Origin: Bacteriovoracia bacterium
Lineage (GTDB): Bacteria; Bdellovibrionota; UBA1018; CAIPTA01
Direction of reading: 5' to 3'
Assembly (NCBI GenBank): GCA_050246755.1
Contig: JBFWVL010000001.1
Location: 1,600,001-1,664,000, forward strand
DNA: 64,000 bases
Shown: positions 24,718 through 33,531 of the stretch, one piece after another
How positions within the stretch are numbered: position 1 is the first letter of the stretch
How the letters are laid out: each line of letters begins with the position of its first letter
Made by a program: the position numbers and the translations under genes
The notes under the pieces: generated by a model
What the model saw: only the letters and a program-made list of their open reading frames with translations
The model's database searches: none
What the model was told of the DNA's origin: nothing

Positions 24718-25860
24718 ATGAGCGCCATCGAGTTAGTAGCCTTTACTCCCGCCGAGAACAAAGCCGAGCGCAAGCGCTTCATCGAGCTCGCGTGGACGAT
24801 CAATAAAAAAGATCCCGCTTGGGTTCCGCCGCTCCGCCTCACCGTCGAAGACTCTCTCGATACCAAGAAAAACCCTTTCTACCAACACGCGAAGATCCAG
24901 CTCTGGAACGCGTACCGCAACGGTGAACACGTGGGGCGCATCGGCGCCATCGTGGATGATCGCCACAACGAGTTTCACGGCGAGAAAACCGGTTTCTGGG
25001 GTTTCTTCGAGTGCGTGAACGATCACGAGGTTTCCACCGCGCTGTTTGCCAAAGCCCATGCCTGGCTCAAGCAGCACGGCATGCGGGTGGCCCGCGGCCC
25101 CGCCAATCCCAGCCTCAATCACGAGTGCGGTCTCGTGGTGAACGCGTTCAACGAGGCCCCCTTCGTGATGATGACCCACAATCCCGCCTACTATGTGGAG
25201 CTCGTGGAGAAACAGGGGTACCTCAAGACCAAAGATCTCTACGCGTTCAAGATGACGCCCGATGATTTCGATCCGCGCGTGGTGCGCATCGCCGAGAAGG
25301 TGAAAGCCCGTGGGAAAATGGAAATCCGTTCGATCAACATGAAGCGTTTCCACCAAGAAGTGCAGCTCATCCGCGAGATTTATAACGCCGCCTGGGAAAA
25401 GAACTGGGGCTTCGTGCCCATGGACGACGCCGAGTTCAAGCACATGGCGAAATCCCTGAAAGATATTATCTGGCCGAATTTCTGCCAGCTCGGTTTCATC
25501 AACGGTAAAGCCATCGGCTTCGCGCTCAGCCTGCCCGACATCAATCAGGTGCTGAAAGATATTCCCAACGGCAAGCTTCTCCCTTTCGGGATTTTCAAAT
25601 TGCTGAGTGGGATGAACCCCAAGGCGAAAAAAATCCGTGGCGTGCGCGTGATCACCCTCGGCGTGATTCCCGAGTACCGCGCAAGCGGCCTGGCGAGCGT
25701 GTTTTATTCCGAAGCGGCGCAGGAGGCGAAGCGCCTCGGCCTCGGCGACTGCGAGATGAGCTGGATCCTCGAAGACAATCGCGACATGGTGGCCGCCATT
25801 CAGGCATTCTCGGGCGAGCCCCCGTATAAAACCTTCCGGCTCTACGATAAGTCGCTTTGA
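24718..25860 (+). CDS. cerS: bacterial ceramide synthase-like GNAT protein
   Basis: WVPPL, GRIGA, GFWGFFEC, RGP.NPSLNHECGL, MMTHNPAYY, NWGFVPM, MSWILEDN; directly after spt. Confidence 0.75.
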   Translation: MSAIELVAFTPAENKAERKRFIELAWTINKKDPAWVPPLRLTVEDSLDTKKNPFYQHAKIQLWNAYRNGEHVGRIGAIVDDRHNEFHGEKTGFWGFFECVNDHEVSTALFAKAHAWLKQHGMRVARGPANPSLNHECGLVVNAFNEAPFVMMTHNPAYYVELVEKQGYLKTKDLYAFKMTPDDFDPRVVRIAEKVKARGKMEIRSINMKRFHQEVQLIREIYNAAWEKNWGFVPMDDAEFKHMAKSLKDIIWPNFCQLGFINGKAIGFALSLPDINQVLKDIPNGKLLPFGIFKLLSGMNPKAKKIRGVRVITLGVIPEYRASGLASVFYSEAAQEAKRLGLGDCEMSWILEDNRDMVAAIQAFSGEPPYKTFRLYDKSL

Positions 25861-26026
25861 TCTGCCTCACGCTCGCCCTCGTGCACCTCTGCTCATCTAA
25901 GCCTTAGTCAAAATCTTTTCATCTTACACTCCAACCGGTGTCTGTAAGCATATGTTTGCGCGTTTACGTGGAAGACAGTCACGGAATGCGAATCCGCTTC
26001 CGAATAGCTCTTACTAAGGAGCTATT

Positions 26027-26968
26027 ATGACAACCGCTTTCTCTCTCGCACTCGCTTCCGTGATTGCCCTGGCGCTGAATGTTACCCCCGTATTCGCAGC
26101 CCAGCCCTCCAATCCGGTGATGGACCCCAACTTCGTGATTCTGCCCAACGGCAAAGATCTCCGCACTCTCAGTACGTCCAACGGAAAACTAGTTTTGAAG
26201 AAAGGCGACGGAAAAACCTTCACCGCCGCTCTTCAGGCCAAATACTTAAAGATCAAAAATGATTCCCTAACCAAGAAGAATACTCCCGTTACCTGGGTGC
26301 TGATGGATCTCGATGCTCATCAGATCGTGGCTCAAAGCGCCGAAGCCAGCCGCAAGCAGTTCGGTGCCTCGGTGAATAAAATTTTCATCGCCGCCACTCT
26401 ACTGGATAAAACGCGCGGACAGCTGAATTCCAACCAGCTTCACTTGATGGTGAAGATGCTGGCCGATTCTTCGAACGTAGCCCGCGACGAAATGGCCTGG
26501 AATGAAATCGGCGGGGGAAATAAAACCCGTGGCCGCCAAGCCATCCAGAATTTCACTCAGCGCATGGGGTACCTCCGCACCCGCGCTTATGGCGGATATT
26601 TAGGCAGCCTTCACGGCAATGAGCTCAGCGCCACCGAGACGGCCGAATTTCTCTACGATACTTACCAGGGCCGCTATCCCGGTGCCGAATACGTTTGGAA
26701 GCTCATGCATACCTGCCGGACCGGCGCGGGCCGAGCCCGCACCTATTTGCCCACGAGCCTCATCGTAGGCGGAAAGACCGGAACTTATTCCGGCGGCACC
26801 GTGGATCCCGAGACCGGCCGTAGCACTTCCGTGCGCGTGAAGCACCACACGATCATCTTCAACTACGATGGCCGTGAGTATGCGCTCTCGATCTACGCTA
26901 ATACCGGCCTCGACGAAACCACCGCCATCCTGGCCGGCGGTCTGGTGCGCGAATATATCATTCGGTAA
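26027..26968 (+). CDS. secreted serine hydrolase, beta-lactamase/PBP-like
   Basis: signal peptide; SxxK (SVNK), SxN (SSN), KTG. Confidence 0.8.
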   Translation: MTTAFSLALASVIALALNVTPVFAAQPSNPVMDPNFVILPNGKDLRTLSTSNGKLVLKKGDGKTFTAALQAKYLKIKNDSLTKKNTPVTWVLMDLDAHQIVAQSAEASRKQFGASVNKIFIAATLLDKTRGQLNSNQLHLMVKMLADSSNVARDEMAWNEIGGGNKTRGRQAIQNFTQRMGYLRTRAYGGYLGSLHGNELSATETAEFLYDTYQGRYPGAEYVWKLMHTCRTGAGRARTYLPTSLIVGGKTGTYSGGTVDPETGRSTSVRVKHHTIIFNYDGREYALSIYANTGLDETTAILAGGLVREYIIR

Positions 26969-26982
26969 AAGTTGCCTAACTT

Positions 26983-27020
26983 AAGCCGGGCGCCCAAAGC
27001 TTCCGGCTTTTTCTTTTTTT
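26983..27020 (+). terminator. intrinsic terminator
   Basis: AAGCCGG...CCGGCTT then long T-run. Confidence 0.7.
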
Positions 27021-27048
27021 GGTGCCCCGGTTTTGGTAGATTTCAGGA

Positions 27049-27657
27049 ATGAAGCTACCGCTCGATAACTACGAAGCCTTTCTCTTCGATCTCGACGGTA
27101 CTCTCGCCAATTCCATGCCCCTCCACAATGAGGCCTGGATCGGCACGCTGAGGGACCGTGGCCATCATATCACCGCCGAAGTTCTCCAGGAGTACGCCGG
27201 GATTCAAAACCCGCGCACGATCGAGCTCTTCAACGAGCGGTTCAGCTGGAAACTCGATGCGGACTCCGTGATAGCCGAAAAAGAAGCGCGCTTTTTAAGA
27301 AACCTCGCGCTCGTGAAGCCCATCGAAGCGGTATTGAAAATCGCGCACGAAAATTTCGGTAAGAAAAAACTAGCGATCGTATCCGGCGGACATAAAGAGT
27401 TGGTGAAGCAGATCCTGCATGCCCTAAAGATCGAGCAGCTCTTTCCCGTAGCGGTTTGCGCCGAAGATACCGTGCGCGGGAAACCGCATCCCGATCCCTT
27501 TCTGCAAGCCGCGATTCGTTTGCGGGTTCGGGCGGAGCAGTGTTTGGTATTTGAAGACGGGGAGGCCGGAATCCAGGGCGCGAAGGCGGCGGGGATGGGC
27601 GTGGTGCGAGTGGGATCGGGGCCGGGATTTAGGCTGGAATTTTTGTGTAAGGCCTAG
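27049..27657 (+). CDS. HAD family phosphatase (YqaB/beta-PGM-like)
   Basis: FDLDGTL, GKPHPD, FEDG..GI..A..AGM. Confidence 0.92.
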   Translation: MKLPLDNYEAFLFDLDGTLANSMPLHNEAWIGTLRDRGHHITAEVLQEYAGIQNPRTIELFNERFSWKLDADSVIAEKEARFLRNLALVKPIEAVLKIAHENFGKKKLAIVSGGHKELVKQILHALKIEQLFPVAVCAEDTVRGKPHPDPFLQAAIRLRVRAEQCLVFEDGEAGIQGAKAAGMGVVRVGSGPGFRLEFLCKA

Positions 27658-27782
27658 AGAAGCTTAATAAGCGCCACAATAGAATTTTCGCCGACCAGCG
27701 TTCGAATATGGTTCTCGGGATGATCGAAAACTGCCCGCGTCACGAGCGCGCAATCGCGAAGCGGTTATGATATTCTTCACCT

Positions 27783-28328
27783 ATGAGAGTGCTCGGCATC
27801 GATCCTGGATCCAATTATATGGGGCTTGCCTGCGTGGAAGCGCGCGGCACCTCCGTGCAGTGGATCGGCCACCGCGTGATCAAGGTTCTCGATAAGAACG
27901 ACAAGGCGATCGCGCCCCGTCTCAAAACAATTCACCTAGCCGTGCAAGAAGCGATTGCGCTCTGGCGGCCCGCCTCTATTTCGGTGGAAGAAGTTTTCTT
28001 CGCCAAGAACGCGCAGAGCGCCCTGAAGCTGGGCCAGGCCCGCGGCGCCGCGATTGCCAGCGCGGCCATTTTAGAGATCCCTGTATTCGAATATCCCGCC
28101 ACCATCGTGAAGCAGGCTGTGTCGGGCTCGGGCCGTGCCGAAAAAGAGCAGGTGGAGAGAATGGTGCGCGCTATTTTGGGGAAATCATTGCCTTCCGAAG
28201 AGGATTTCGCCCGCGCCGACGCCTCCGATGCGCTGGCCGTTGCGATCTGCCATTTGCAGTACCGCCACCGGGCCGAATTATTACGTCCTTCCAAGCCGGA
28301 AAAAAGGCTTGGTATCGCCCCGCGCTAA
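27783..28328 (+). CDS. ruvC: Holliday junction resolvase RuvC
   Basis: LGIDPG, EEVFFAKN..SALKLGQARG, DASDALAVA. Confidence 0.97.
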   Translation: MRVLGIDPGSNYMGLACVEARGTSVQWIGHRVIKVLDKNDKAIAPRLKTIHLAVQEAIALWRPASISVEEVFFAKNAQSALKLGQARGAAIASAAILEIPVFEYPATIVKQAVSGSGRAEKEQVERMVRAILGKSLPSEEDFARADASDALAVAICHLQYRHRAELLRPSKPEKRLGIAPR

Positions 28329-28344
28329 AGGATACAAATTACCT

Positions 28345-29001
28345 ATGATCGCTAGGCTCCGAGGATCACTCGCAGAAAAAACGGAAGAACGCCTGATCGT
28401 CGATGTTCAGGGCATGGGCTACGGTCTTTTCATTCCCTCTACCGTTTTCCATAAGCTTCCCGAAGTGGGCTCCGACGTTACCCTTCAGGTCCACACGCAC
28501 GTGCGCGAAGATCACATCATTCTCTACGGATTCCTTACCCAGCTCGAGAAAGACGTTTTTGAAATTCTCATGAGCGCGAGTGGGGTGGGGGCGAAAACCG
28601 CTCTCGCGATTCTTTCTTCGGTGGAAGCCGACCAGATCCTTGCCGCCCTTTCCCAGGGCAATACGGCCCTCCTCTCGGGAATCTCGGGCGTGGGCAAGAA
28701 GACCGTGGAAAAGCTCTTCATCGAGCTCAAAGAGAAGGCGGATAAGCGTCTGATCCTCGAAAAAGGCGGGACCCCTTCCAGAAAATCCGCGGGATCCATC
28801 CCTTCTTCCGGAAAAACTTCCTGGATCTCGGATCTCGAGCAGGCTTTACTGGGGCTTGGCTACCGCGATAGCGACGTGAGCACCATCGTGCGCGACGTGG
28901 CCGGAAAAACCGCTGAGCTTGGTGGCTTCGATGCCGCCCTTCGCTACGCCCTTTCGAATCTTTCACGTGGATCAACTAAATCCGCTAGGGGGAATGCGTG
29001 A
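28345..29001 (+). CDS. ruvA: Holliday junction branch migration protein RuvA
   Basis: MIARLRG, HVRED...LYGF, GVGAKTAL, GVGKKT. Confidence 0.96.
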   Translation: MIARLRGSLAEKTEERLIVDVQGMGYGLFIPSTVFHKLPEVGSDVTLQVHTHVREDHIILYGFLTQLEKDVFEILMSASGVGAKTALAILSSVEADQILAALSQGNTALLSGISGVGKKTVEKLFIELKEKADKRLILEKGGTPSRKSAGSIPSSGKTSWISDLEQALLGLGYRDSDVSTIVRDVAGKTAELGGFDAALRYALSNLSRGSTKSARGNA

Positions 29002-30035
29002 ACGAAATTTTTGAAGAATCCAGAATGGTTGCGCCCGACTTGGCCATGCCCGAGATGGTTTCCGAGCAGAACCTTCGTCCCCAATCCTTTTCCGATTTTA
29101 TCGGCCAGAAATCCCTCAAGGATAACCTCGCCGTTTATATCGAAGCCGCCAAGCGCCGTAGCGAAGCCCTGGATCATTGCTTGTTTGCCGGCCCTCCGGG
29201 CTTGGGCAAAACCACCTTGGCCTATCTCGTGGCCAAGACCATCGGCTCCGAGCTTTTCACCATCTCTGGCCCGGCCCTCGATAAAAAGGGCGACCTCGCC
29301 GCCGTGCTCACCAACCTCAAGCCCAACGATGTGCTCTTCATCGACGAAATCCACCGCGTGCCGATCGCCGTGGAAGAGGTGCTCTATAGCGCCATGGAAG
29401 ATTTCAAGCTCGATATCATTCTTGGCCAAGGTCCCGGCGCCCGGACCATGCGCATCGATCTTCCTCGCTTCACCTTGATCGGAGCCACCACTCGTTCCGG
29501 CCTCCTGTCCACGCCGCTACGCGACCGCTTTGGAATCAACTTCGTGCTCGAGTTCTATAAGCCCGAAGATATCCAGCAGATTTTAATGCATGGCGCTACT
29601 CGCCTGGGCGTGAAGCTTCTCGAAAGCGGAGCCAAAGAGTTGGCCCATCGGTCCCGCGGTACCCCCCGTATCGCCAACCGCCTCCTCCGCCGCGTTCGCG
29701 ACTTTGCCGAAGTGAACGGCAAAGGCGTGATCGATGAAACTATGGCGAAATCCGCTTTGACTAGCCTGGCCGTAGACCAGCGTGGCCTCGATGCGATGGA
29801 TAAACGCATTCTCCTAACGATTATCGAGAAGTTCGACGGGGGCCCGGTGGGCCTAGATACCCTGGCTTCGGCGATTGGCGAAGAAGCCCAAACGATTGAA
29901 GACGTGTATGAACCCTTCCTTTTGCAACAGGGCTTCATCCATCGCACTCCGCGCGGGCGTTTGGCGGCCCGACTTTCCTACGAACATTTTGGCTTGGAAT
30001 ATCAGCGAGAAGCGCAAATCGATCTAGAATTATGA
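28998..30035 (+). CDS. ruvB: Holliday junction helicase RuvB
   Basis: LRP..F..FIGQ, GPPGLGKTT, FIDEIHR, RGTPR, EPFL. Confidence 0.98.
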   Translation: MNEIFEESRMVAPDLAMPEMVSEQNLRPQSFSDFIGQKSLKDNLAVYIEAAKRRSEALDHCLFAGPPGLGKTTLAYLVAKTIGSELFTISGPALDKKGDLAAVLTNLKPNDVLFIDEIHRVPIAVEEVLYSAMEDFKLDIILGQGPGARTMRIDLPRFTLIGATTRSGLLSTPLRDRFGINFVLEFYKPEDIQQILMHGATRLGVKLLESGAKELAHRSRGTPRIANRLLRRVRDFAEVNGKGVIDETMAKSALTSLAVDQRGLDAMDKRILLTIIEKFDGGPVGLDTLASAIGEEAQTIEDVYEPFLLQQGFIHRTPRGRLAARLSYEHFGLEYQREAQIDLEL

Positions 30036-30098
30036 TTGACCCAAACCAGGGCCTAAGGTTATTACCAAGACCTTGGAAAATTCGGTGACGAATTTTAA

Positions 30099-30175
30099 GG
30101 GCCTATAGCTCAGTCGGCTAGAGCATCTCACTTTTAATGAGAGGGTCGGTGGTTCGAGTCCACCTGGGCCCACCA
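30099..30175 (+). tRNA. tRNA-Lys(TTT)
   Basis: cloverleaf; anticodon arm TCTCA-CTTTTAA-TGAGA; GGTTCGAGTCC; encoded CCA. Confidence 0.96.
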
Positions 30176-30201
30176 GTTTTCCAAGAGAGTTTTGTTACTG
30201 C

Positions 30202-30279
30202 GTTCCCTTCGTCTAGCCCGGTCTAGGACACCTCCCTTTCACGGAGGTAACGGGGGTTCGAATCCCCCAGGGAACGCCA
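30202..30279 (+). tRNA. tRNA-Glu(TTC)
   Basis: acceptor GTTCCCT/AGGGAAC; anticodon arm CCTCC-CTTTCAC-GGAGG; GGTTCGAATCC; CCA. Confidence 0.96.
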
Positions 30280-30303
30280 TTTTTCTATCTCTATAAATTT
30301 CAG

Positions 30304-30777
30304 TTACTTATTCACGGACTCCCCCAATAGATTCGAACCAATCCGAACTACTTTATGCGTAAAGAGGCGTTCCATTACTACGCCCATCAAGATGACGAAG
30401 GGGACGGTCACTGCGAGCCGCAGCAACGAAAATCTCAGGCCGAGGAAATGGCTTTCGATCAGTAGCATCGGGATCTTAATGGATGCCCACGAGCCTAAAA
30501 ATATGACGGTATTGGCTGTGCGTCCGCCCTTCTTAGAAAAGGTAGAGGCGATGGGGAACGCTGCGAATAGGGGGCCTGCTGCAAGGGATCCCAGCAATAT
30601 TGCTAGAAACATTCCTTTGGTCCCCGATTTTTTTCCAAGATACGCTTCCACTGTATTCGCAGGTAACCAAGCCTCGAGGAGTTTGAGAAACAGAAGAACC
30701 GGCGGAAATATACTGAGTACGCTGATAGAGAAGTGAAAAGCATTTATGCCTGTTTGTTCCAGCAAGCCCATTGTCAT
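30304..30777 (-). CDS. permease (ArsP/DUF318-like half), second subunit
   Basis: hydrophobic; LGSLAAGPLFAAFPIA...KIPMLLIE; ATGA-coupled to the upstream gene. Confidence 0.8.
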   Translation of the reverse strand: MTMGLLEQTGINAFHFSISVLSIFPPVLLFLKLLEAWLPANTVEAYLGKKSGTKGMFLAILLGSLAAGPLFAAFPIASTFSKKGGRTANTVIFLGSWASIKIPMLLIESHFLGLRFSLLRLAVTVPFVILMGVVMERLFTHKVVRIGSNLLGESVNK

Positions 30778-31247
30778 AGCAATACTCCCAGCAGCAGGCC
30801 GATTGAGACGGCAGCAACAAAACTCATTGATTGTCTCAGGAGCGTAAATCGCACTCCAAAATAAGATATTTCCATCGGCGCCGTGACAACGCCCACCATG
30901 GTCAACGTGGTAATAAACGAGGCTAGCAGAGGGAGAGGGGCCCCCATTTCTAAAAGCGTTCCCGCCAAAGGGAAGGCGATTGGCCCGGGGATTGTCACCA
31001 AGGCGCCCACCAGTGAAACCCCGATATGATTCCAAACACTATCTGCCTTGAATAGGCGGAGCAGAGTTTCTTGCGGAAAGAGCGCAAGGGTGAAACCTAC
31101 AATGGCGATCATCCCTAAAAGCCCGGGCGCGAGATTCTTCAAGGCACAGGCGCTTTTTTTCAGCGCCAGAAGCGTTCTCGCGCGGTCTTTGCGGTATGAA
31201 ATCAGCGTAGCTAGCAAAGACGCTGCCCAGATCAGCGCGAGCATCAT
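30774..31247 (-). CDS. permease (ArsP/DUF318-like half), first subunit
   Basis: IPGPIAFPLAGTL...FITTLTMVGVVTAPMEISYFG. Confidence 0.8.
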   Translation of the reverse strand: MMLALIWAASLLATLISYRKDRARTLLALKKSACALKNLAPGLLGMIAIVGFTLALFPQETLLRLFKADSVWNHIGVSLVGALVTIPGPIAFPLAGTLLEMGAPLPLLASFITTLTMVGVVTAPMEISYFGVRFTLLRQSMSFVAAVSIGLLLGVLL

Positions 31248-31750
31248 AATTGCTCCCAGCGTTCCATGCGGCCGGCCCGCTCTTCTTCTTTAAGATCCAA
31301 GCTCGTGAGCCTTAGGATGACTGCGTCTTCTGAGCAGCACTTGGTGTCGTGAATCTCTCCGGGCAGGTAAAGGCGCGTATCACCGGCTGTAAGTGTTTCT
31401 CTGTTCTTTAGAATCAGATGATCTGAGCCATTAAGGCGAGTCGCGTTGAAATAGTTTCCCATCTCCACTTGTCCCGCTACCACGGCGTAAACGACCCAAG
31501 CGTCGCCGTGATTGTGTGGAATACGGTATTGCCCCTTTTTCTCGGAATAAGCCAAGAGAATGAAGCCTTCTTTGGGGGCCCGAAATAGTTCGACTCCTAC
31601 GGGAGGGGCGCGGGTAGCTTCTTCCAGTTGCTCCCTTACCTCTGGGTCGCTCGCCAGGCTTTTTAGGGCGGCTTTGATTGTGTTCACCGATTCCATTCTC
31701 AGGTTTTTCCAGAGTTCTTGTATCTCCAGAGCCGCATTTTTGATCCGCAT
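31244..31750 (-). CDS. cupin / cysteine dioxygenase-like protein
   Basis: PHNHG..WVVYAVV.G...PGEIH; GGAGGA SD before ATG 31750. Confidence 0.72.
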   Translation of the reverse strand: MRIKNAALEIQELWKNLRMESVNTIKAALKSLASDPEVREQLEEATRAPPVGVELFRAPKEGFILLAYSEKKGQYRIPHNHGDAWVVYAVVAGQVEMGNYFNATRLNGSDHLILKNRETLTAGDTRLYLPGEIHDTKCCSEDAVILRLTSLDLKEEERAGRMERWEQL

Positions 31751-31767
31751 ATTGTCCTCCTGGGTCC

Positions 31768-31798
31768 AGTAAGCCACTTAAAGTCAACTTGAGGTCAA
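31768..31798 (-). promoter_or_regulatory. MerR/SoxR-type 19-bp-spacer promoter with operator
   Basis: TTGACC-N19-CTTACT enclosing dyad CCTCAAGTTGACTTTAAG. Confidence 0.7.
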
Positions 31799-31843
31799 TA
31801 GAAAAAATGCATGGGTGTCTAACCGCTGGCATGGTAAGAAAAA

Positions 31844-32254
31844 ATGATGGATATCGGAGAGGTTTCCAAAAAGTCCGGCATTCTCCCTTCGGCGCTTCGC
31901 TATTACGAAGAGATCGGCTTGATCCGCTCAACTGCGCGGAAAGGATTGCGGCGCCAGTACCCAAAGAATATTTTGGACTTATTGGCGTTAATCACTTTGG
32001 CCAAGCAAGTAGGATTTCAACTGGAAGAGTTGCCGACTCTGTTGAAACCCCGTGAAGGTGCGATCGTGATCAACCGAAATGCCCTAAAAGAAAAGTCCCT
32101 TGAGATCGAAAGAAGAATTAGGCGACTGGAAGCCGCTCGCCAAGGCTTGCTTCACGCTTCCCTGTGCAAGGCGCCCAGCCATATGGAGTGCCCCAAGTTT
32201 CAGCGTCTGCTGGCTCATGCGACTAAGAAGCAGGTTAAGCGCCAGAAAAAATAG
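31844..32254 (+). CDS. MerR family regulator (SoxR-like)
   Basis: MDIGEV..SG..PSALRYYEEIGLI; C-terminal CKAPSHMECP. Confidence 0.9.
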   Translation: MMDIGEVSKKSGILPSALRYYEEIGLIRSTARKGLRRQYPKNILDLLALITLAKQVGFQLEELPTLLKPREGAIVINRNALKEKSLEIERRIRRLEAARQGLLHASLCKAPSHMECPKFQRLLAHATKKQVKRQKK

Positions 32255-32460
32255 CACAACCTCCGTGGCGTAAATAATGTCCTTGTAATGGATTGGCTAG
32301 GAGCATTACCTTTTCTGGACATTTATTTCGCACTCAAATGGGATAAGAACTGGTTCGGCGTGTTCAAAATTGGAAACGCCATTTTTTCTTTCTTATATTT
32401 TTTCGCGAAAAATCTAATAAATTCCTCCCGTTGCAGGTTCGAATATAGTAAAAGTTATTT

Positions 32461-32982
32461 ATGAATAGTCTTTTAGTGCTCGTTATCTTGCTTTCGCCGC
32501 TAGTTTCTAGTGGCGCAAATTTTCAGAAAGAAATCGATAAATCTTTTCCTGAGCACGTTCTGCTTAAAAAAGGCGAGTTTAGTTCTGATTGCACGCAGAA
32601 AGATCCGGGATTGATTGCTGGCGATTTTGATGGTGACAAGCGCTCAGATTTTGCAGCAATCATTCGCGCCAAAGAAAAGAAACGCTATGAAGCGGGCGTA
32701 AATTCCTATCACTATTATGATGGCAAACTCGTCGTTTGCTATAGCCAGAAAAAGAGCGGCTACAAGTGCAGTTCCATTTCTAATTCTATGGTAACGATTC
32801 CGGAGAACTCTTGCCTTGAAGTCATTAAGCCAGGAGAAGCTGGGTGCATTCAAGATGATGGAACGAAGAAGTCTAAAGATATAAAATTCGATAGCGTTGG
32901 CCTCATCTTTCCTGAAAGGGCTGCCAGCCAATATATCCGCCAGCCCGATGGCTCCTTTCAAAATTGCGTGATTGGAGATTAG
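32461..32982 (+). CDS. secreted hypothetical protein with FG-GAP-like GDFDGD motif
   Basis: signal peptide; GDFDGDKRSDFA; six Cys. Confidence 0.7.
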   Translation: MNSLLVLVILLSPLVSSGANFQKEIDKSFPEHVLLKKGEFSSDCTQKDPGLIAGDFDGDKRSDFAAIIRAKEKKRYEAGVNSYHYYDGKLVVCYSQKKSGYKCSSISNSMVTIPENSCLEVIKPGEAGCIQDDGTKKSKDIKFDSVGLIFPERAASQYIRQPDGSFQNCVIGD

Positions 32983-33531
32983 GATTCCCTAGGGGATTCG
33001 AACTGGCCGGAATTTTGTAAAGCGGAGAACAAAACGCGCCGAGTTGATGCCGAATGTTCTCCATTTCTGGCCCAGAAACTGTTCTCTACAAAAATCTAAA
33101 TCATCGGCATTTCAAGGGTTTGGAAGGGAGTTACACTGGAGAACAAAGTTTCGAATTTCTTCGAGATAAGGACGCCATTTTTTTCTTATTCACATCTTAA
33201 AATGAAAAACCTTGTCCGATTCGGACAAGGCAGACAAGGTGTTTTCCTAAAGTTTTGCGGCAAAGATTTCGATGAAGCCTCCTGTCGGGAGATCTATGGG
33301 TTACTGCGTTCGTGAGCTAAAAAGAAACCCCCTAACTGGAAGGTGCAGTTCCTTTCCTACAAGAAGAAGCATGCGAAAGTTTACGGTCGAAGTTCCGGAA
33401 GTATTTAAGCGGGAATTCGAACTGAAATATGTTTCTGGTCGCTTTCGTGATCCAGGATGGAAGAAAAGGATTTTTAGATTTGATGCTAGGCTAGCGGCAG
33501 GATTTTGTGCATATCAGTCAATGGATGGAGC

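Noticed and set aside
25861-26026. c-di-GMP riboswitch upstream of the serine hydrolase
   Set aside because: No class I or class II consensus elements recognised; only the SD hairpin is reported.
32254-32359. Integron attC site (GCACAAC...hairpin...GTTCGGC) after the MerR gene
   Set aside because: The hairpin is not symmetric between the putative R boxes (about 4 versus 19 nt) and no intI is present.
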